Program-made: the position numbers and the translations under genes | The notes under the pieces: model-generated | Seen by the model: only the letters and a program-made list of their open reading frames with translations | The model's database searches: none | What the model was told of the DNA's origin: nothing | DNA from: a virus | Lineage: Duplodnaviria; Caudoviricetes | IMG/VR virus record: IMGVR_UViG_3300020393_000006 | Location: 1 to 63,334 of that record | Length of the DNA: 63,334 nt | Reading direction: 5' to 3' (one strand) | In this document: positions 37,622 to 49,100 of the stretch, piece after piece | How positions within the stretch are numbered: position 1 is the first letter of the stretch | Layout of the letters: every line of letters starts with the position of its first letter

Positions 37622-39445
37622 ATGACTTTATCTCTTTCGAATATTTATACAGCCCCTTCTTTAGGGCTTTCGCAACCTCAGTTTGATGTGTCGGCTTTGT
37701 CAACTCATCCTTCTGTAACGTTTGGCAATCAAGTTATAATTACTGCTACTCCTTCGGGATCTTCAACCCCAGTAACTCTTGTTGAGGGCGTTGATTGGAA
37801 CTACAATAGGTTTACAGATAAAGTAACTTTTGTTTCTGGTGCTGTGCCAAATGGAGCAACAATTTTATTTAGCATGAATCCAAGCTTTACTTCTTTTGCA
37901 GATACGTTTAGCGATTTAGGATCAGCTCCAGCTAAGGCAACTAAGCTTCGAGATGACCATTTGCTAACTTTGTGTCAGGATTTAGATAATAGAATTAATT
38001 TGGTTTCTACTGGCAACGTTACTGCAGTTTTTAGCTTACTGAATACTGCTGGTGATTCTTTAAATGGAGACATTACACTTCAGAGCGATTCTAATATTAA
38101 TATTAGTTTTAGTTCTCAGGTTATTAACTTTAGTGCTCCTCAAGTAGGAACAAATGCTACTAATATTGGAACATTACAAACTAGTTTAGGGACAGCTGAA
38201 AGCAATATTGCTACACTTCAAAGTAAAAACTTTGTACCAGATACTGCTACTGCTTCTACTGGTGACGTAGTAACATACGATAGTACAAGTAACATTGTTT
38301 GGGCTGCTCCAACAGGTGGTTCTGGCGGAGATCCTACTAATTTAAATGGTCTTAATGATGTTACCTTAAGCAGTGTAACTGCTAATCAAGTTTTAGTATC
38401 TGATGCAGATGGTAATTTTACTAATCAAAATTTTGCTGCTAGCAATATTACAGGATTAGCAGCTGTTGCTACTAGTGGTAGTTATTCTGATTTAATTAGT
38501 AAACCTAATATTACTGTAACAGATAATAGAGTAACTCCAGCTACTTGTGATTTTGAGTTTGTGCAAGCAAATAATACTGCTGGATCTGTGCTAAGATACG
38601 ATGGATCTAATTTTAAGTTAGACAAATTAAATTTTGATGATCTTGCAGGAGGTGTAGGTTTCCAAGACCTCACAGGTACTCCTAACTTTGGTATTGAAGA
38701 TTTAGATGATGTTGCTAATTATGATCCTAATGGAAACGATGCATTAAAAGTTGCCCAGTTAAATAGTCTTGGAAATCAAGTTATATGGCAAACATTGCCG
38801 AGCCAAACTGCAGGTGAAGCTCAAATTTGGAGTGCTTACTTTGACTATGATCCAACAGCAGCAGATTTAAATGATGTTGGTAATCCTAGCGCTGTTTCTG
38901 CTAATGGTTACGTTGCTTTTAGAAATGATCCTTTATGGAATTTTAGCCCTTCTGTAATACGGGGTCAATTTAGAGGCACATCTGGAAATACTACTGTAGT
39001 AAACTGGGACTCAACTAATACGGGTGGTAATGTAGTTTATACAACATTAAATCCTCCCGGCGCTTTGATGCAACCGGGCGATGGTTTTGGTGCAAATTAT
39101 GCTTTTGCGGTTTCAAGTGATGGCATTTATCGCGTTCGCTTGCAAGGTGTATTTAGTTGTAATCATACTTTACAATCCTATCAAATTAAACCTCTTACTA
39201 TGGCTGTATTAAAAAATCAAATCGCAGATGGATCCCCTAGTTGGGGAAGAGATCCTGTAATTGCACGAGCTGATACTAATGTTTCGTCAGGATCAGACGA
39301 AGGAGCTGATGATATTGTTGTAAGTTTATCTTGTGAAAGAATTATTAGTTTAAATTCAACTGATAGGCTTTTTTGTGTTGTTAATCAAAGGACACAAAGT
39401 GTTTATATGTCAAGTGCTAATTGGATTATTGAAAAGATAGGCTAA
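37622..39445 (+). CDS. Second tail fibre / receptor-binding protein
   Basis: S/T/N-rich; LNDV repeat; VATSGSYSDL..KP motif. Confidence 0.75.
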   Translation: MTLSLSNIYTAPSLGLSQPQFDVSALSTHPSVTFGNQVIITATPSGSSTPVTLVEGVDWNYNRFTDKVTFVSGAVPNGATILFSMNPSFTSFADTFSDLGSAPAKATKLRDDHLLTLCQDLDNRINLVSTGNVTAVFSLLNTAGDSLNGDITLQSDSNINISFSSQVINFSAPQVGTNATNIGTLQTSLGTAESNIATLQSKNFVPDTATASTGDVVTYDSTSNIVWAAPTGGSGGDPTNLNGLNDVTLSSVTANQVLVSDADGNFTNQNFAASNITGLAAVATSGSYSDLISKPNITVTDNRVTPATCDFEFVQANNTAGSVLRYDGSNFKLDKLNFDDLAGGVGFQDLTGTPNFGIEDLDDVANYDPNGNDALKVAQLNSLGNQVIWQTLPSQTAGEAQIWSAYFDYDPTAADLNDVGNPSAVSANGYVAFRNDPLWNFSPSVIRGQFRGTSGNTTVVNWDSTNTGGNVVYTTLNPPGALMQPGDGFGANYAFAVSSDGIYRVRLQGVFSCNHTLQSYQIKPLTMAVLKNQIADGSPSWGRDPVIARADTNVSSGSDEGADDIVVSLSCERIISLNSTDRLFCVVNQRTQSVYMSSANWIIEKIG

Positions 39446-39448
39446 TTA

Positions 39449-39697
39449 ATGGAATATCCTTTAGTTTTAGTACATTGGTTAGATCACGAAAGCAGTGGCG
39501 GTCCAGAATGGGAAGATTTAGAGTCTCAACTTGAATGGGCTGCAGAGCTTCCTCCGATCGGACAGACTGTTGGTTGGGTTATTTGGGAAGGCGAAAAGCA
39601 TATTGTTCTAGTTGATACTATTATGAATAATACAGAAACTGGTACTGCCCACAAAATCTTAAAACAAAACATTATCTTTAAACAGGAGCTACAATGA
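39449..39697 (+). CDS. Hypothetical protein
   Basis: V.W.D…TVGW motif common in phage ORFs. Confidence 0.65.
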   Translation: MEYPLVLVHWLDHESSGGPEWEDLESQLEWAAELPPIGQTVGWVIWEGEKHIVLVDTIMNNTETGTAHKILKQNIIFKQELQ

Positions 39698-39900
39698 TGG
39701 ATGAACGATTAGCAAAACTAAGAGACATGCTTATTGATAGCACTATTGAATATCTTAAAGAAGAAATTTCTGATAAGTCTATTAATTCTGCCCGAGCTGT
39801 GCTAAAAGATTTAGCCCCTCGAGAAGATATTGAACTTAGTGAAAAACAAGCTGAACGTATTCAGCAGGCTATGGGCGATGCGCCTTTTAAAATTAAGTAA
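39694..39900 (+). CDS. Terminase small subunit (gp18-like)
   Basis: Size, INSARAVLKD motif, directly upstream of TerL. Confidence 0.65.
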   Translation: MMDERLAKLRDMLIDSTIEYLKEEISDKSINSARAVLKDLAPREDIELSEKQAERIQQAMGDAPFKIK

Positions 39901-39946
39901 TCGTGGGGACTGCCATAATAGGTAGTCTTCGCATTAAGGAAATACT

Positions 39947-41698
39947 ATGACTGATATATCAAATAGGATAAACCCTAGTATGATTCCGGATAATGTTCCG
40001 GACGAAGCTGTTCAAGATTTCCGTAACTTTGCGTATTACGTTATGAAATACATGGGTTATGGAGAACCAACTCCTATCCAGTATGGAATTTGTGAATCGC
40101 TTCAAAATTATAATACTGATATGATTTTAGCAGCAGGTCGAGGTACAGGCAAATCTGTAATTACTTCTATGCTTGCTTCTTGGTGGCTGCTAAGAGATCC
40201 TAACGTAACAATCCTTGTTACTTCTGCTACAGCTCAAAAAGCTATTGACTTTATGAGCATGACAAGACAAATTTTGCAGGTTGTTCCTTTTATGAATCAT
40301 CTGCTTCCCGGCGAAGATGATGTGGATAATGCTCTTGCTTTTAATTCAGCAGCAAGAGTAAAAGTTAGTCAGGATAAATCTGTTTCGGCTGCTGGTATTA
40401 TGTCTCAAATTGTAGGTAAACATGCTGATTATATTGTTGGTGATGACTTAGAAGTTCGAGGCAATTGCGATACACAAGAAGCTAGAGACAAACTATTAGG
40501 ACGAATACATGAGTTTGAATCTATCCGCAATAAAGGAGGGCGTGTCATTTTTCTTGGTACTCCCCATACTCGTGACTCTAACTATAATAAGCTGGCTGCA
40601 GCTGGGTATCCTTTTATTAAGTTTCCTTCTGAGTTTCCCGATCCAACTATTCCTTCTCGCATGGAAAACATTGCTCCATGGATTATGGAACGTATGGAAG
40701 AACTGGAAGCAGAACCAAGTGAAGCTACTCAGCCCGAACGTTTTGATAAAGAAGTATTAATGGAAAGATATGCAAAAATTGGACCAGCAAACTATGCTCT
40801 TCAGTTTTTGTTAGATACTTCTATTTCTGATGATGAAAAATATCCAATCAAACTAAATAACATTATTTGTACAGACGTTGGTTTAGATATGTTTCATCAA
40901 AAAGTACAACATGCTAGATCTACTCCAGTAGATTTTGCAACCTATGGTATGGCTGGAGACAGGGTATTTAAACCTATGTATAAAAGCGATAACATGGAAG
41001 ACTACATTGTTACAACTCTTCACGTTGATCCTTCTGGTCGTGGTAAAGATGAAACAGGTTTGGTTGTAGCTTCTGCTACTCCAACAGGTTATATCTGCGT
41101 TCATGAAATGATTGGACTACCCGGAGGCTATGATGAACAAACACTTACATCAATAGCTAAATTAGCTAATCAATATAAATGCCAGTTAATTAGATACGAA
41201 GGAAACTTTGGCGATGGCATGTTTGGTCAGTTACTTTTACCTATTGTTAAACGAGTTTGTGGTCAAGTAGGCGTCGAAGAGTTTAAAGTTGTAGGACAAA
41301 AAGAACGAAGAATTTTAGATGTTCTTGAACCCGTCATTGCAACACAACGATTAGTTTTTGATCCACGTGCAATGAATGATAAAGAAAATCAAATACAGTT
41401 AACTAGACTTACATATAAACGCGGCGCATTGAAACATGATGATAGAGTTGATGCTCTTTCACATGCTATTAGTTATTACTCTGAAATGCTTGGAGTAGAT
41501 GTTGATGCTGTAATTGCAGCTAATGAGCATAAAGCATACAAAAATGAAGTTGCTTTATGGGCTGATGATAGTCGTCGCAATGATATGATTATTAAAACTT
41601 GCACATCCGGCGCAGCTCGGATTGATAATCCTAAACCAAAGCTTTATAAACAAGGTCGTTTAATAAGCTGGAAAAATATGAAGAAAGGAGGCCTGTAA
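39947..41698 (+). CDS. Terminase large subunit (gp19-like)
   Basis: AGRGTGKS, IVGDDLE, LGTP, VDPSGRGKDE, HDDRVDAL. Confidence 0.96.
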   Translation: MTDISNRINPSMIPDNVPDEAVQDFRNFAYYVMKYMGYGEPTPIQYGICESLQNYNTDMILAAGRGTGKSVITSMLASWWLLRDPNVTILVTSATAQKAIDFMSMTRQILQVVPFMNHLLPGEDDVDNALAFNSAARVKVSQDKSVSAAGIMSQIVGKHADYIVGDDLEVRGNCDTQEARDKLLGRIHEFESIRNKGGRVIFLGTPHTRDSNYNKLAAAGYPFIKFPSEFPDPTIPSRMENIAPWIMERMEELEAEPSEATQPERFDKEVLMERYAKIGPANYALQFLLDTSISDDEKYPIKLNNIICTDVGLDMFHQKVQHARSTPVDFATYGMAGDRVFKPMYKSDNMEDYIVTTLHVDPSGRGKDETGLVVASATPTGYICVHEMIGLPGGYDEQTLTSIAKLANQYKCQLIRYEGNFGDGMFGQLLLPIVKRVCGQVGVEEFKVVGQKERRILDVLEPVIATQRLVFDPRAMNDKENQIQLTRLTYKRGALKHDDRVDALSHAISYYSEMLGVDVDAVIAANEHKAYKNEVALWADDSRRNDMIIKTCTSGAARIDNPKPKLYKQGRLISWKNMKKGGL

Positions 41699-42336
41699 TG
41701 GCCGATCCCGTATCAGCAACTATTGCTATCGGTAGTCAGGTTTTAGGCTCTGTAGCTGGAGCACGAGCTGCTAATGCTCAAGAAGCCCAGCGAAATCAAG
41801 CAGCACTTGATCAATTTAATGTACAACAGTACAATGCTGAAGCACAGGTTATCCAATCAAACATGCGTGGCCGATTGCGTTCTGCTGCAATTGCTAAACA
41901 AAATAGAACTATTGAGCGTAATTCTTTACGTGAACTTTATTTAAATTCTGAATCTTTGCAAATTGAGCAAAAAAATAGAAAGTCTGATTTAGTTCGAAAA
42001 AGCAATGAACATGCTGCAATGATTAATACTCGAACTGAGCAGTCTAATATACAATTAGATTCTGCTATGGCTGATCGATTACAAAATCTTCAAACAAAAG
42101 AACTGCTTAAAGGAGTAAGTGATACGAATAGGCAGTTTGGTATTCAGCGCCAAAACCTTATAGAATCTCGAAAAAAACAATTAGCTTCTCGTGGTGATGA
42201 AACTTTTGTAGCTCAGCGTTTTTATCGTGGAACTCAAGGTAACTTTTATGACAACAGTTCTGCTCGCATGACTGGAGCTCTTATTGAAAGTGCTGGCTCT
42301 ATAGCTGGCGGAATTTACGGATATAATAACCCATGA
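41698..42336 (+). CDS. Internal virion protein (gp14-like)
   Basis: MADPVS-type N-terminus, A/Q-rich, G/A-rich C-terminus. Confidence 0.65.
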   Translation: MADPVSATIAIGSQVLGSVAGARAANAQEAQRNQAALDQFNVQQYNAEAQVIQSNMRGRLRSAAIAKQNRTIERNSLRELYLNSESLQIEQKNRKSDLVRKSNEHAAMINTRTEQSNIQLDSAMADRLQNLQTKELLKGVSDTNRQFGIQRQNLIESRKKQLASRGDETFVAQRFYRGTQGNFYDNSSARMTGALIESAGSIAGGIYGYNNP

Positions 42337-45300
42337 GTCAGTTTCAACAACCACAAGATAATAGATATATTCGCCCCGGAGTTTTAGATCTTGGGACTGG
42401 ACGCCAATTTGATAGATTGTCTGTTTCTACTAGAGGAGAAGGCAATATTGGAACTGGTGCTCAAGGTGGTGGGTTTGTTCAAGGTCAATCTCGTGTAGGA
42501 ACTGGTCTTTCAGGCGTTGATCCTTTAGCTCAAATTCTTGGCACTGTATCAAAAAGTGTTGATAATTTTATGCGAGCAGATAAGTTAATGGCTGAAGCTG
42601 TAGATAATCAAAGAAATAAAGAACTAGATAAACTAGAAGAACAGCTTCAAAATGCTATTGCTTTAGGGGAAGATTCTCCAGAAAAAATGGCAGAAGATCA
42701 TCGCAATCGTGTAGATGAGTATTATAGAAAAACAGGTAAATTACCTAAACGTGGTACTTCTCGTAAACGGTTTGGCGAAATAAGAACAAAAGCTGAACAA
42801 TCTGTTCGTAATTTTGAGTTTGGAAACGAATTTAACGAACATTTGGATAAAATGAGCACCTTTGCTGGACGAACTGAAGATGAAATTCCTGAAATTTTGT
42901 CTTTTAGAGCTCGCTATGAAGGTGGACCCCATGAAGAAAAGGCAATTGAACTTACTCAACAAGCTTTAAATAGTGCTCAAGCTCGATCGCAACAAGCAGA
43001 AGATCGAGATAATGCAAGAATTCTTGCAAATAGATTTGATCAACAACTTGTAACTGATAAAATTATTTCCTATGAAAACGGAAAACAAGTTATTAATGTT
43101 GAAAAAATTATTAGTATGGCTTCATCTGGGCCAAATGCTTTTGATTTAAGTGATCCTGATGCTATAGACAAATTAGGGGCTATGTTTATTAGTAGCATTG
43201 ATATCAGCGATATGGATCAAAGAAGTCAAGATATATATCTTCGAGAATTTTCAAAATTTTTTGCTATTCGTGGACGAGAGTTTATTCCTGCAGCTCGACA
43301 ACATTTGCAAGAGCTTGATCGACGCGAGCAGCGTATTCAACATCAAGCAGAATGGAAAGAAAGTTTACTTTCTGGAGTAGTTGCTCCTCCTACTTCTACT
43401 AATCCTTTTGTAAATTTGACTAATTATTTACAATCTACAGCTACAGCTTTTGCAACTTTAACTCCACAAGCACAAGAAGCTGATCGATTAGATAAAATGG
43501 CTGCATTTATGGTAACTGGCACTTCTAGATATGATGCTCTTCCATTAGATCAAAGACAAAAAGATGATCCTTCACAACGTGTTATGAAAATCATGGGCTA
43601 TTTATTACAAGATAGTATAGATATTGCTGATGATCTTGAAAATCCAGAAGATGCTCTTCAAGTTATGGCTGATGCTCGTAAAGCCATGCCACGTACTCTT
43701 GATGAAGCAATTATGACAGGGCTAATTCCACTTGTAGATGGTCAACCTCCTAAAGGCATGGATGAAACTACATGGAATAGTCTTAGAAAAAATATGGATC
43801 AAACAATGCGAGCTGAACAAGCTAAACATATTAAACCAGTATTTGAGCGTGGTGTAGAACAAGCTACAATTACTGGCGATTTTATGCAACTTGGTCGACT
43901 TAATAATCAACTTATTCTTTTATCGGGAGAAGCTGATCTTGGATTAGCTGGTCCGTATGGAATGCTTGAAGACGGCAACTCAATTGAAATTCTTCCAGTA
44001 AGTCAAGCAGGCAGAGAGTTTTCAGACCTTGCTTTATCTCTTCATAGAGCAAATAATAAAATGAAGGGAAATATCTCTAGTAGCAGTAGAACCCATAATA
44101 TGCTTAAATTTGGATTTGATGCAGAACAAGGAGATCAAAGTAGCTATGTGTCTATTCAAGAAATTAGTGACTCTCCTGTTATGCGTGCTACTGGTAAATC
44201 TATGAGTGATTATCTTAAAGCTAATCCAGATGATGTTTCTGGAGCCTTAGCTGCCGTTTCTGGAACTATTAATAGTATTGATTATGATCCAAATAATCCT
44301 ATTAATGCATTTGATGAAACACGTGCTGTTATTGCTGCATTAGAACAAACTTCAGATGTACCAGCTACTGTAGCTCAAGCTATGGTAGATGCTGCAATGG
44401 TTGTTGGTTATGCTAGAACTAGAGGTACAGAAAATGGAGATGCTTCTATTGTTGTTAATTCAGATTTAACTGGTAGAATCATGTCTGCTATGGGTAGTTC
44501 AACCTCTTCTGCTTTGACTGGAGAAAATGGAATTTTTATTGGTACATTGTACGAAGCATTAGGAACTAATCCTCAAATACGTAAAAAAGTATTTGGAGAA
44601 CATCTCGATCGTGCTGAATTAACCTCCAATCTAATCAAACGTACAGGTGTTACTTTTGACCCCGAAAAGTATAACTGGAGTGGAGCAATTGATATTCCTG
44701 TTTTAGAGAGACAACAAGCTGTTAAAGGTTTTGATAATTTAGACGATTTAGCTAGCTCAAGTGATCAAGGATATCTTAGTATTGCTGATAAAGTTCTTAA
44801 AGTTGCTTTAGATCCGGTTGGTGAACTTTCTATGCCTGATGGTATTCCTTCTGAATTGCAAGAGGGTTTATTAGCTATGCATGCAAATGTTGATGAGCAT
44901 ATGCAAACAATACGCAAACAGTATGGAATTCCCGAAGAAATGACAATGGGAAGTTTTCTTAGTTTAGTTGCTCCAGAAATTATAGATGATCTTCAAATTA
45001 CCGTAGCTTCTGCATTTGGTGATCAAAATCAATATCAACAAATGATGAGTGATCCTGAAAAAATGGCATCCGTTTTAAGCGTTGGTTTAGAAGATGCAAT
45101 TCAAAGGTCTCTTGCAGGTAAGACTGTAATGGGTCTTCAGCCTTACTCTGATCCTGAAGGATCTTTAGCTCATCTTGTTCGTGAAGTTGGTCAAGAAAAT
45201 GCTAACCCTGCAGCAATTGCTGATAGAGTTTTTGATACTTCTATTCATGACAGTGCTCTTGGTGCTGGTCATGAGTATGTTCTTGGAAATGAGCAGGTAA

Positions 45301-45842
45301 TTTATGAAAAGGTTTTTACAGATTCTTTTCCTAATTTACTTGGAGATACACCTTTTCAACAAGTATGGGAAATTGCTTCAACAGGTAAAAATCCAGAAGA
45401 TGTAAGTTTTTTTGATCTTGTTAAAGCTAAACTTGTAGACGTTGATGGTGCTCCAATTAGAATAACACAACAAGAACTAAATAAAACTCAAATTGAAACA
45501 TTATCAGACGGATCTATAGAAATGACTTTTCCGTCTATTGGGCAAACTTTAAGGTATCGTCCTTATAGAAGTCTTAATGATATGGATTTTGCTCCTTTAG
45601 GTAGAGATACTGATCCAACAAGAATACTTGGTCCTGTTAAAACGCTTGATCCTACTCGTGCTTTTGAAGCTGCTGTAATGCGATCTCCGGTATTTGGAAT
45701 CCGTGCAGCTAATATTCAAGCTCAAGAAGAAGCTAATAAAAAGATTATTGAAAAGTATGATACAAACGGTGATGGCAAGCTAACTGGTGCTGAGCGCGAT
45801 GCTGTGAGGCGTGACAGAAATCAAGCAAAGCGAGGAGGATAA
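42333..45842 (+). CDS. Large internal virion protein (gp15-like) with C-terminal EF-hand
   Basis: Synteny and size; KYDTNGDGKLTGAER. Confidence 0.6.
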   Translation: MSQFQQPQDNRYIRPGVLDLGTGRQFDRLSVSTRGEGNIGTGAQGGGFVQGQSRVGTGLSGVDPLAQILGTVSKSVDNFMRADKLMAEAVDNQRNKELDKLEEQLQNAIALGEDSPEKMAEDHRNRVDEYYRKTGKLPKRGTSRKRFGEIRTKAEQSVRNFEFGNEFNEHLDKMSTFAGRTEDEIPEILSFRARYEGGPHEEKAIELTQQALNSAQARSQQAEDRDNARILANRFDQQLVTDKIISYENGKQVINVEKIISMASSGPNAFDLSDPDAIDKLGAMFISSIDISDMDQRSQDIYLREFSKFFAIRGREFIPAARQHLQELDRREQRIQHQAEWKESLLSGVVAPPTSTNPFVNLTNYLQSTATAFATLTPQAQEADRLDKMAAFMVTGTSRYDALPLDQRQKDDPSQRVMKIMGYLLQDSIDIADDLENPEDALQVMADARKAMPRTLDEAIMTGLIPLVDGQPPKGMDETTWNSLRKNMDQTMRAEQAKHIKPVFERGVEQATITGDFMQLGRLNNQLILLSGEADLGLAGPYGMLEDGNSIEILPVSQAGREFSDLALSLHRANNKMKGNISSSSRTHNMLKFGFDAEQGDQSSYVSIQEISDSPVMRATGKSMSDYLKANPDDVSGALAAVSGTINSIDYDPNNPINAFDETRAVIAALEQTSDVPATVAQAMVDAAMVVGYARTRGTENGDASIVVNSDLTGRIMSAMGSSTSSALTGENGIFIGTLYEALGTNPQIRKKVFGEHLDRAELTSNLIKRTGVTFDPEKYNWSGAIDIPVLERQQAVKGFDNLDDLASSSDQGYLSIADKVLKVALDPVGELSMPDGIPSELQEGLLAMHANVDEHMQTIRKQYGIPEEMTMGSFLSLVAPEIIDDLQITVASAFGDQNQYQQMMSDPEKMASVLSVGLEDAIQRSLAGKTVMGLQPYSDPEGSLAHLVREVGQENANPAAIADRVFDTSIHDSALGAGHEYVLGNEQVIYEKVFTDSFPNLLGDTPFQQVWEIASTGKNPEDVSFFDLVKAKLVDVDGAPIRITQQELNKTQIETLSDGSIEMTFPSIGQTLRYRPYRSLNDMDFAPLGRDTDPTRILGPVKTLDPTRAFEAAVMRSPVFGIRAANIQAQEEANKKIIEKYDTNGDGKLTGAERDAVRRDRNQAKRGG

Positions 45843-45844
45843 CT

Positions 45845-46123
45845 ATGTTTATGATTCCTGATGGAGATAATTGGCTTGATCCTGAAACAGGAGAAGTTAT
45901 AGATCTTCAAGGTTTTGAAGTTAATGGTAAGCGAGAAAGCCTTGAACGAACTGAAACGGGTTATCGAAAACACCCGCTTCCTGATAATTTAATTATAGCT
46001 AGAGGTGCTGCTCATGGTCAGCTCTCTGGCGAAGACTATCGTCTTTTAATAGATAGCGGATACGATGCAGTTAATATTGCTAATCGTAACTCACAATTTA
46101 TTTTAATGGGGATGAAAAAATAA
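45845..46123 (+). CDS. Hypothetical protein
   Basis: GAGGAGG RBS. Confidence 0.7.
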   Translation: MFMIPDGDNWLDPETGEVIDLQGFEVNGKRESLERTETGYRKHPLPDNLIIARGAAHGQLSGEDYRLLIDSGYDAVNIANRNSQFILMGMKK

Positions 46124-46190
46124 TATTTACCTGAGCCTACTTAGCGGGAGGCTTAGGTCTTCCTAACATACGTCACCCAGCAGGAGCTGC

Positions 46191-49100
46191 ATGATAATGT
46201 CTGATAAAGATAATTTATTTTCGGTCTTGGGAAATCTTCGTTCAGCAGATGAAACCCTTGACACTTTACGCAGAAAGCGTGAAATTACTGATAACATTTT
46301 AGAAAACAATAGTAAGCTTCAAGAGCAAGACCTTTCAGGCCAATACTGGTATGATGCTGAACAAGGTGCTTTTAAAGATGATGCCACTGATACTGATTAC
46401 GCTGATGCCGTAGAAGCTGAGTGGGATTTAGGAGCTGCTGATACTCCACGTGGATTAACTGGTGCTTATAATCGTAAACGATTTCTTGACCGATCTCAAT
46501 CTATGTTATCTCTTGCTCGTACTATTCGAGGAATTGATAATAATGCGACTTTAGATGCATTAGCTAAATCAGCTAAATACGACTATAGTGAGTCTGGTTG
46601 GGCTCAAATGGGTCGTGGTGCAGTAGGAGCTATTAACATATTTCAAGATATGACTGCTGATACTAAGCAGTTCAAAGAACAAGTTAAAGCTGAAATTGGA
46701 GCTGGTGTTCCACAAGATTTAGAATTACACTTCACTCCTGAAAAGTTTGTGAAGGCTGTTCGTGAAACTAGAGCTACTGCTTTAGCTATGGATGAATATG
46801 GCATTACTGCCGAAAGCTTAAAAGGCGTTTCTAATTACGCTGATGCTGTTGAAGCCTTATCTACCCAATTGTGGATGCGAGGTCGAGAGCAGCGAGCTAG
46901 TCAACAAGTATTATCTAAAAGCGAAAGTACGCTTAAATTTGCTGCTAACTTAGGTAATATGATTCTTCAAGATCCTGATATGGCTGCAGAAATTGGATTA
47001 GAAGTTGGATCAACAATTGCTGTTGGAGTTATTTCTGCTGGTACTGCTATACCTGCATTCCTTGCAGCTAGAATTGCCCGTCGTGGTGCTTCCTTAACTA
47101 AACAGGGTTTAAGTATTACTAAAATTCAACGAAAGTTGGAAAGAGGAGAAAGCATTACTCGAGGATGGGAAGCTGTAGCACGTGCTGCAGAAACAGCTCA
47201 TATGTATAAACCCGGTTTATCTACTGGTGGTAATATTTTTGAAGCTGTTGCTCGCTCCGGTAAACTTGGAACACGTGCTTCTCAAACAAGTGCTTTTATT
47301 GCAGGCCAAATGGTAGATGGATTTATAGGTGGAGCTGGTGCTCGCTATAGATCTAATGTATTTACTAATGCTGAAGCAGTAGGACTTTACGGAGATTATG
47401 CTGATTTAGTACCCGAAACTGACCGTCTTATGTTAGATGGAGGTATGGGTATGGTATTTTCTACTTTCTTAGGATTAGGCTTTCGATTTGGTGGCCGTAA
47501 ATTCTTAAATCAATTTAGAGAAAATAAACCACAACTAGGTTTTGATGACTTTGCTCAACAAAAACTTGATGCAGCAAGAACCGAAAAAGAACAACTTCGT
47601 GCTCTTTATGGGACAGATGATGTCTCTGGAGTTAAAGCTTATCAAGCTGCACGAGCAATGAATAATGATGCTACTCTTCAAATCTCTTTAGCAACTAATA
47701 AAGATTTAGGACCTGAACAACTTCCAGATTTTACTAAATTAATTGGAAACTTAAATCAAGGCATTCCAAGCATTGAGTTTAATTTTGCTCTTGGTCGTGT
47801 CATTGACAATTTAAAGGGTCGCACAATTAGTGAAGAGTCTTTAGCTCTTCGAGTTCTTGAAGATCCCGGATTTATTCGGGCCCTTGAAGGCAATGAACGC
47901 TTGACTCCAGAAGCTTTACAAAATAAAATTAAATATCAACGTGCACATCTTGCCCGTCTTACGGGAGAACGTGATGTTGATCCTGATATTGATAAAAAAA
48001 TAAATGAAGGCAAATCACGAGAAGAAGCTATAGCTGAACTTCGTGCTGAGCGTCTTGAAGAAATTAAACAAAAACAAGCTGAACTTGAAGAACGTGAAGC
48101 TATAAAAGCTGCTGAAGCTGAAGCTGAAGCTATTCGTAAAGCAAAAGCTGAAGAACAACGACTTAAAGAAGAAGCCGATAAAGCTGCTGAAGATGTTGTT
48201 AAGGCTAAAGCAGAAGCTGAAGCTGCTCGTAAGGCTGCTGAAGAACAAGAAGCAGAACTAGAAGCTAAAGCTAAAGAATCTCCTGAAGAAGAAATTGATT
48301 CAGGTCAGCTTCAGACTGTAAAAGCTAAAGCTGAAGAAGCTGAAACTAAAGTTACAGAAGCTGATAAACAACTTGCTGCTATTACGCAAAAACAAGAAGA
48401 GTTTGATTTTGATGCTGCTCTTAAAAAACAACAAGAACGGCAACGTGCTGATCGTGCTGTTGTTGATAGAGAACGTGAAGCTTTATCCCAACGAGAAGAA
48501 GATATTCGACTAGGCCGTAAAGGCGGAGCTGGTGGATTAGATGATACTGCATTAGTACATGTTGACTATCAAAAAACTCTTGAGCTCGAACAAAAGAAAC
48601 AAAAACTCGAAAGAGCTGAACGATACTTAGGTGAATCCGAAGCCCTTCAGCCTGACAATGCTTGGATCCGGCGTAACATCGATCCAGAGTGGGACCGAGA
48701 AGGTCCTGAAGTAGTTAGTCGTGCTGAGGTTAAAAAAATTATTGAGGCTCGAAAACAAAAACTTGAAGAAGAAGCTAAAGAAGTAACAGACCAAGACCTT
48801 GCAAATCAAGAGATTCTTGATAACGAAGGAGTACGTGCTGATGCTGAGCTTTTCCTTGAAGGACAAAAAGTCCAAACTCAAGCTTTACATAATGCATTCT
48901 TAGCTGCTGGTCGTGGAGACTTTACTGGAGATCCTGCAAGATTTAGATCTGTACGTGTGCGTACCGATGATCAAGCAGAAATTGATACTCTTGCTGCTCG
49001 TGAAGATGCTAAAAAAAGAAACGCTAAGTATAGCCGAGAAGACGACCTTGATTCTCTTAGAGAAGCTGAAGTTGGTCTGGCTGCGCTTCAGCGCCAACCT

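Noticed and set aside
48040-48420. Tandem DNA repeat (GCTGAA-rich)
   Set aside because: Explained by Ala/Glu/Lys coiled-coil coding within the giant protein
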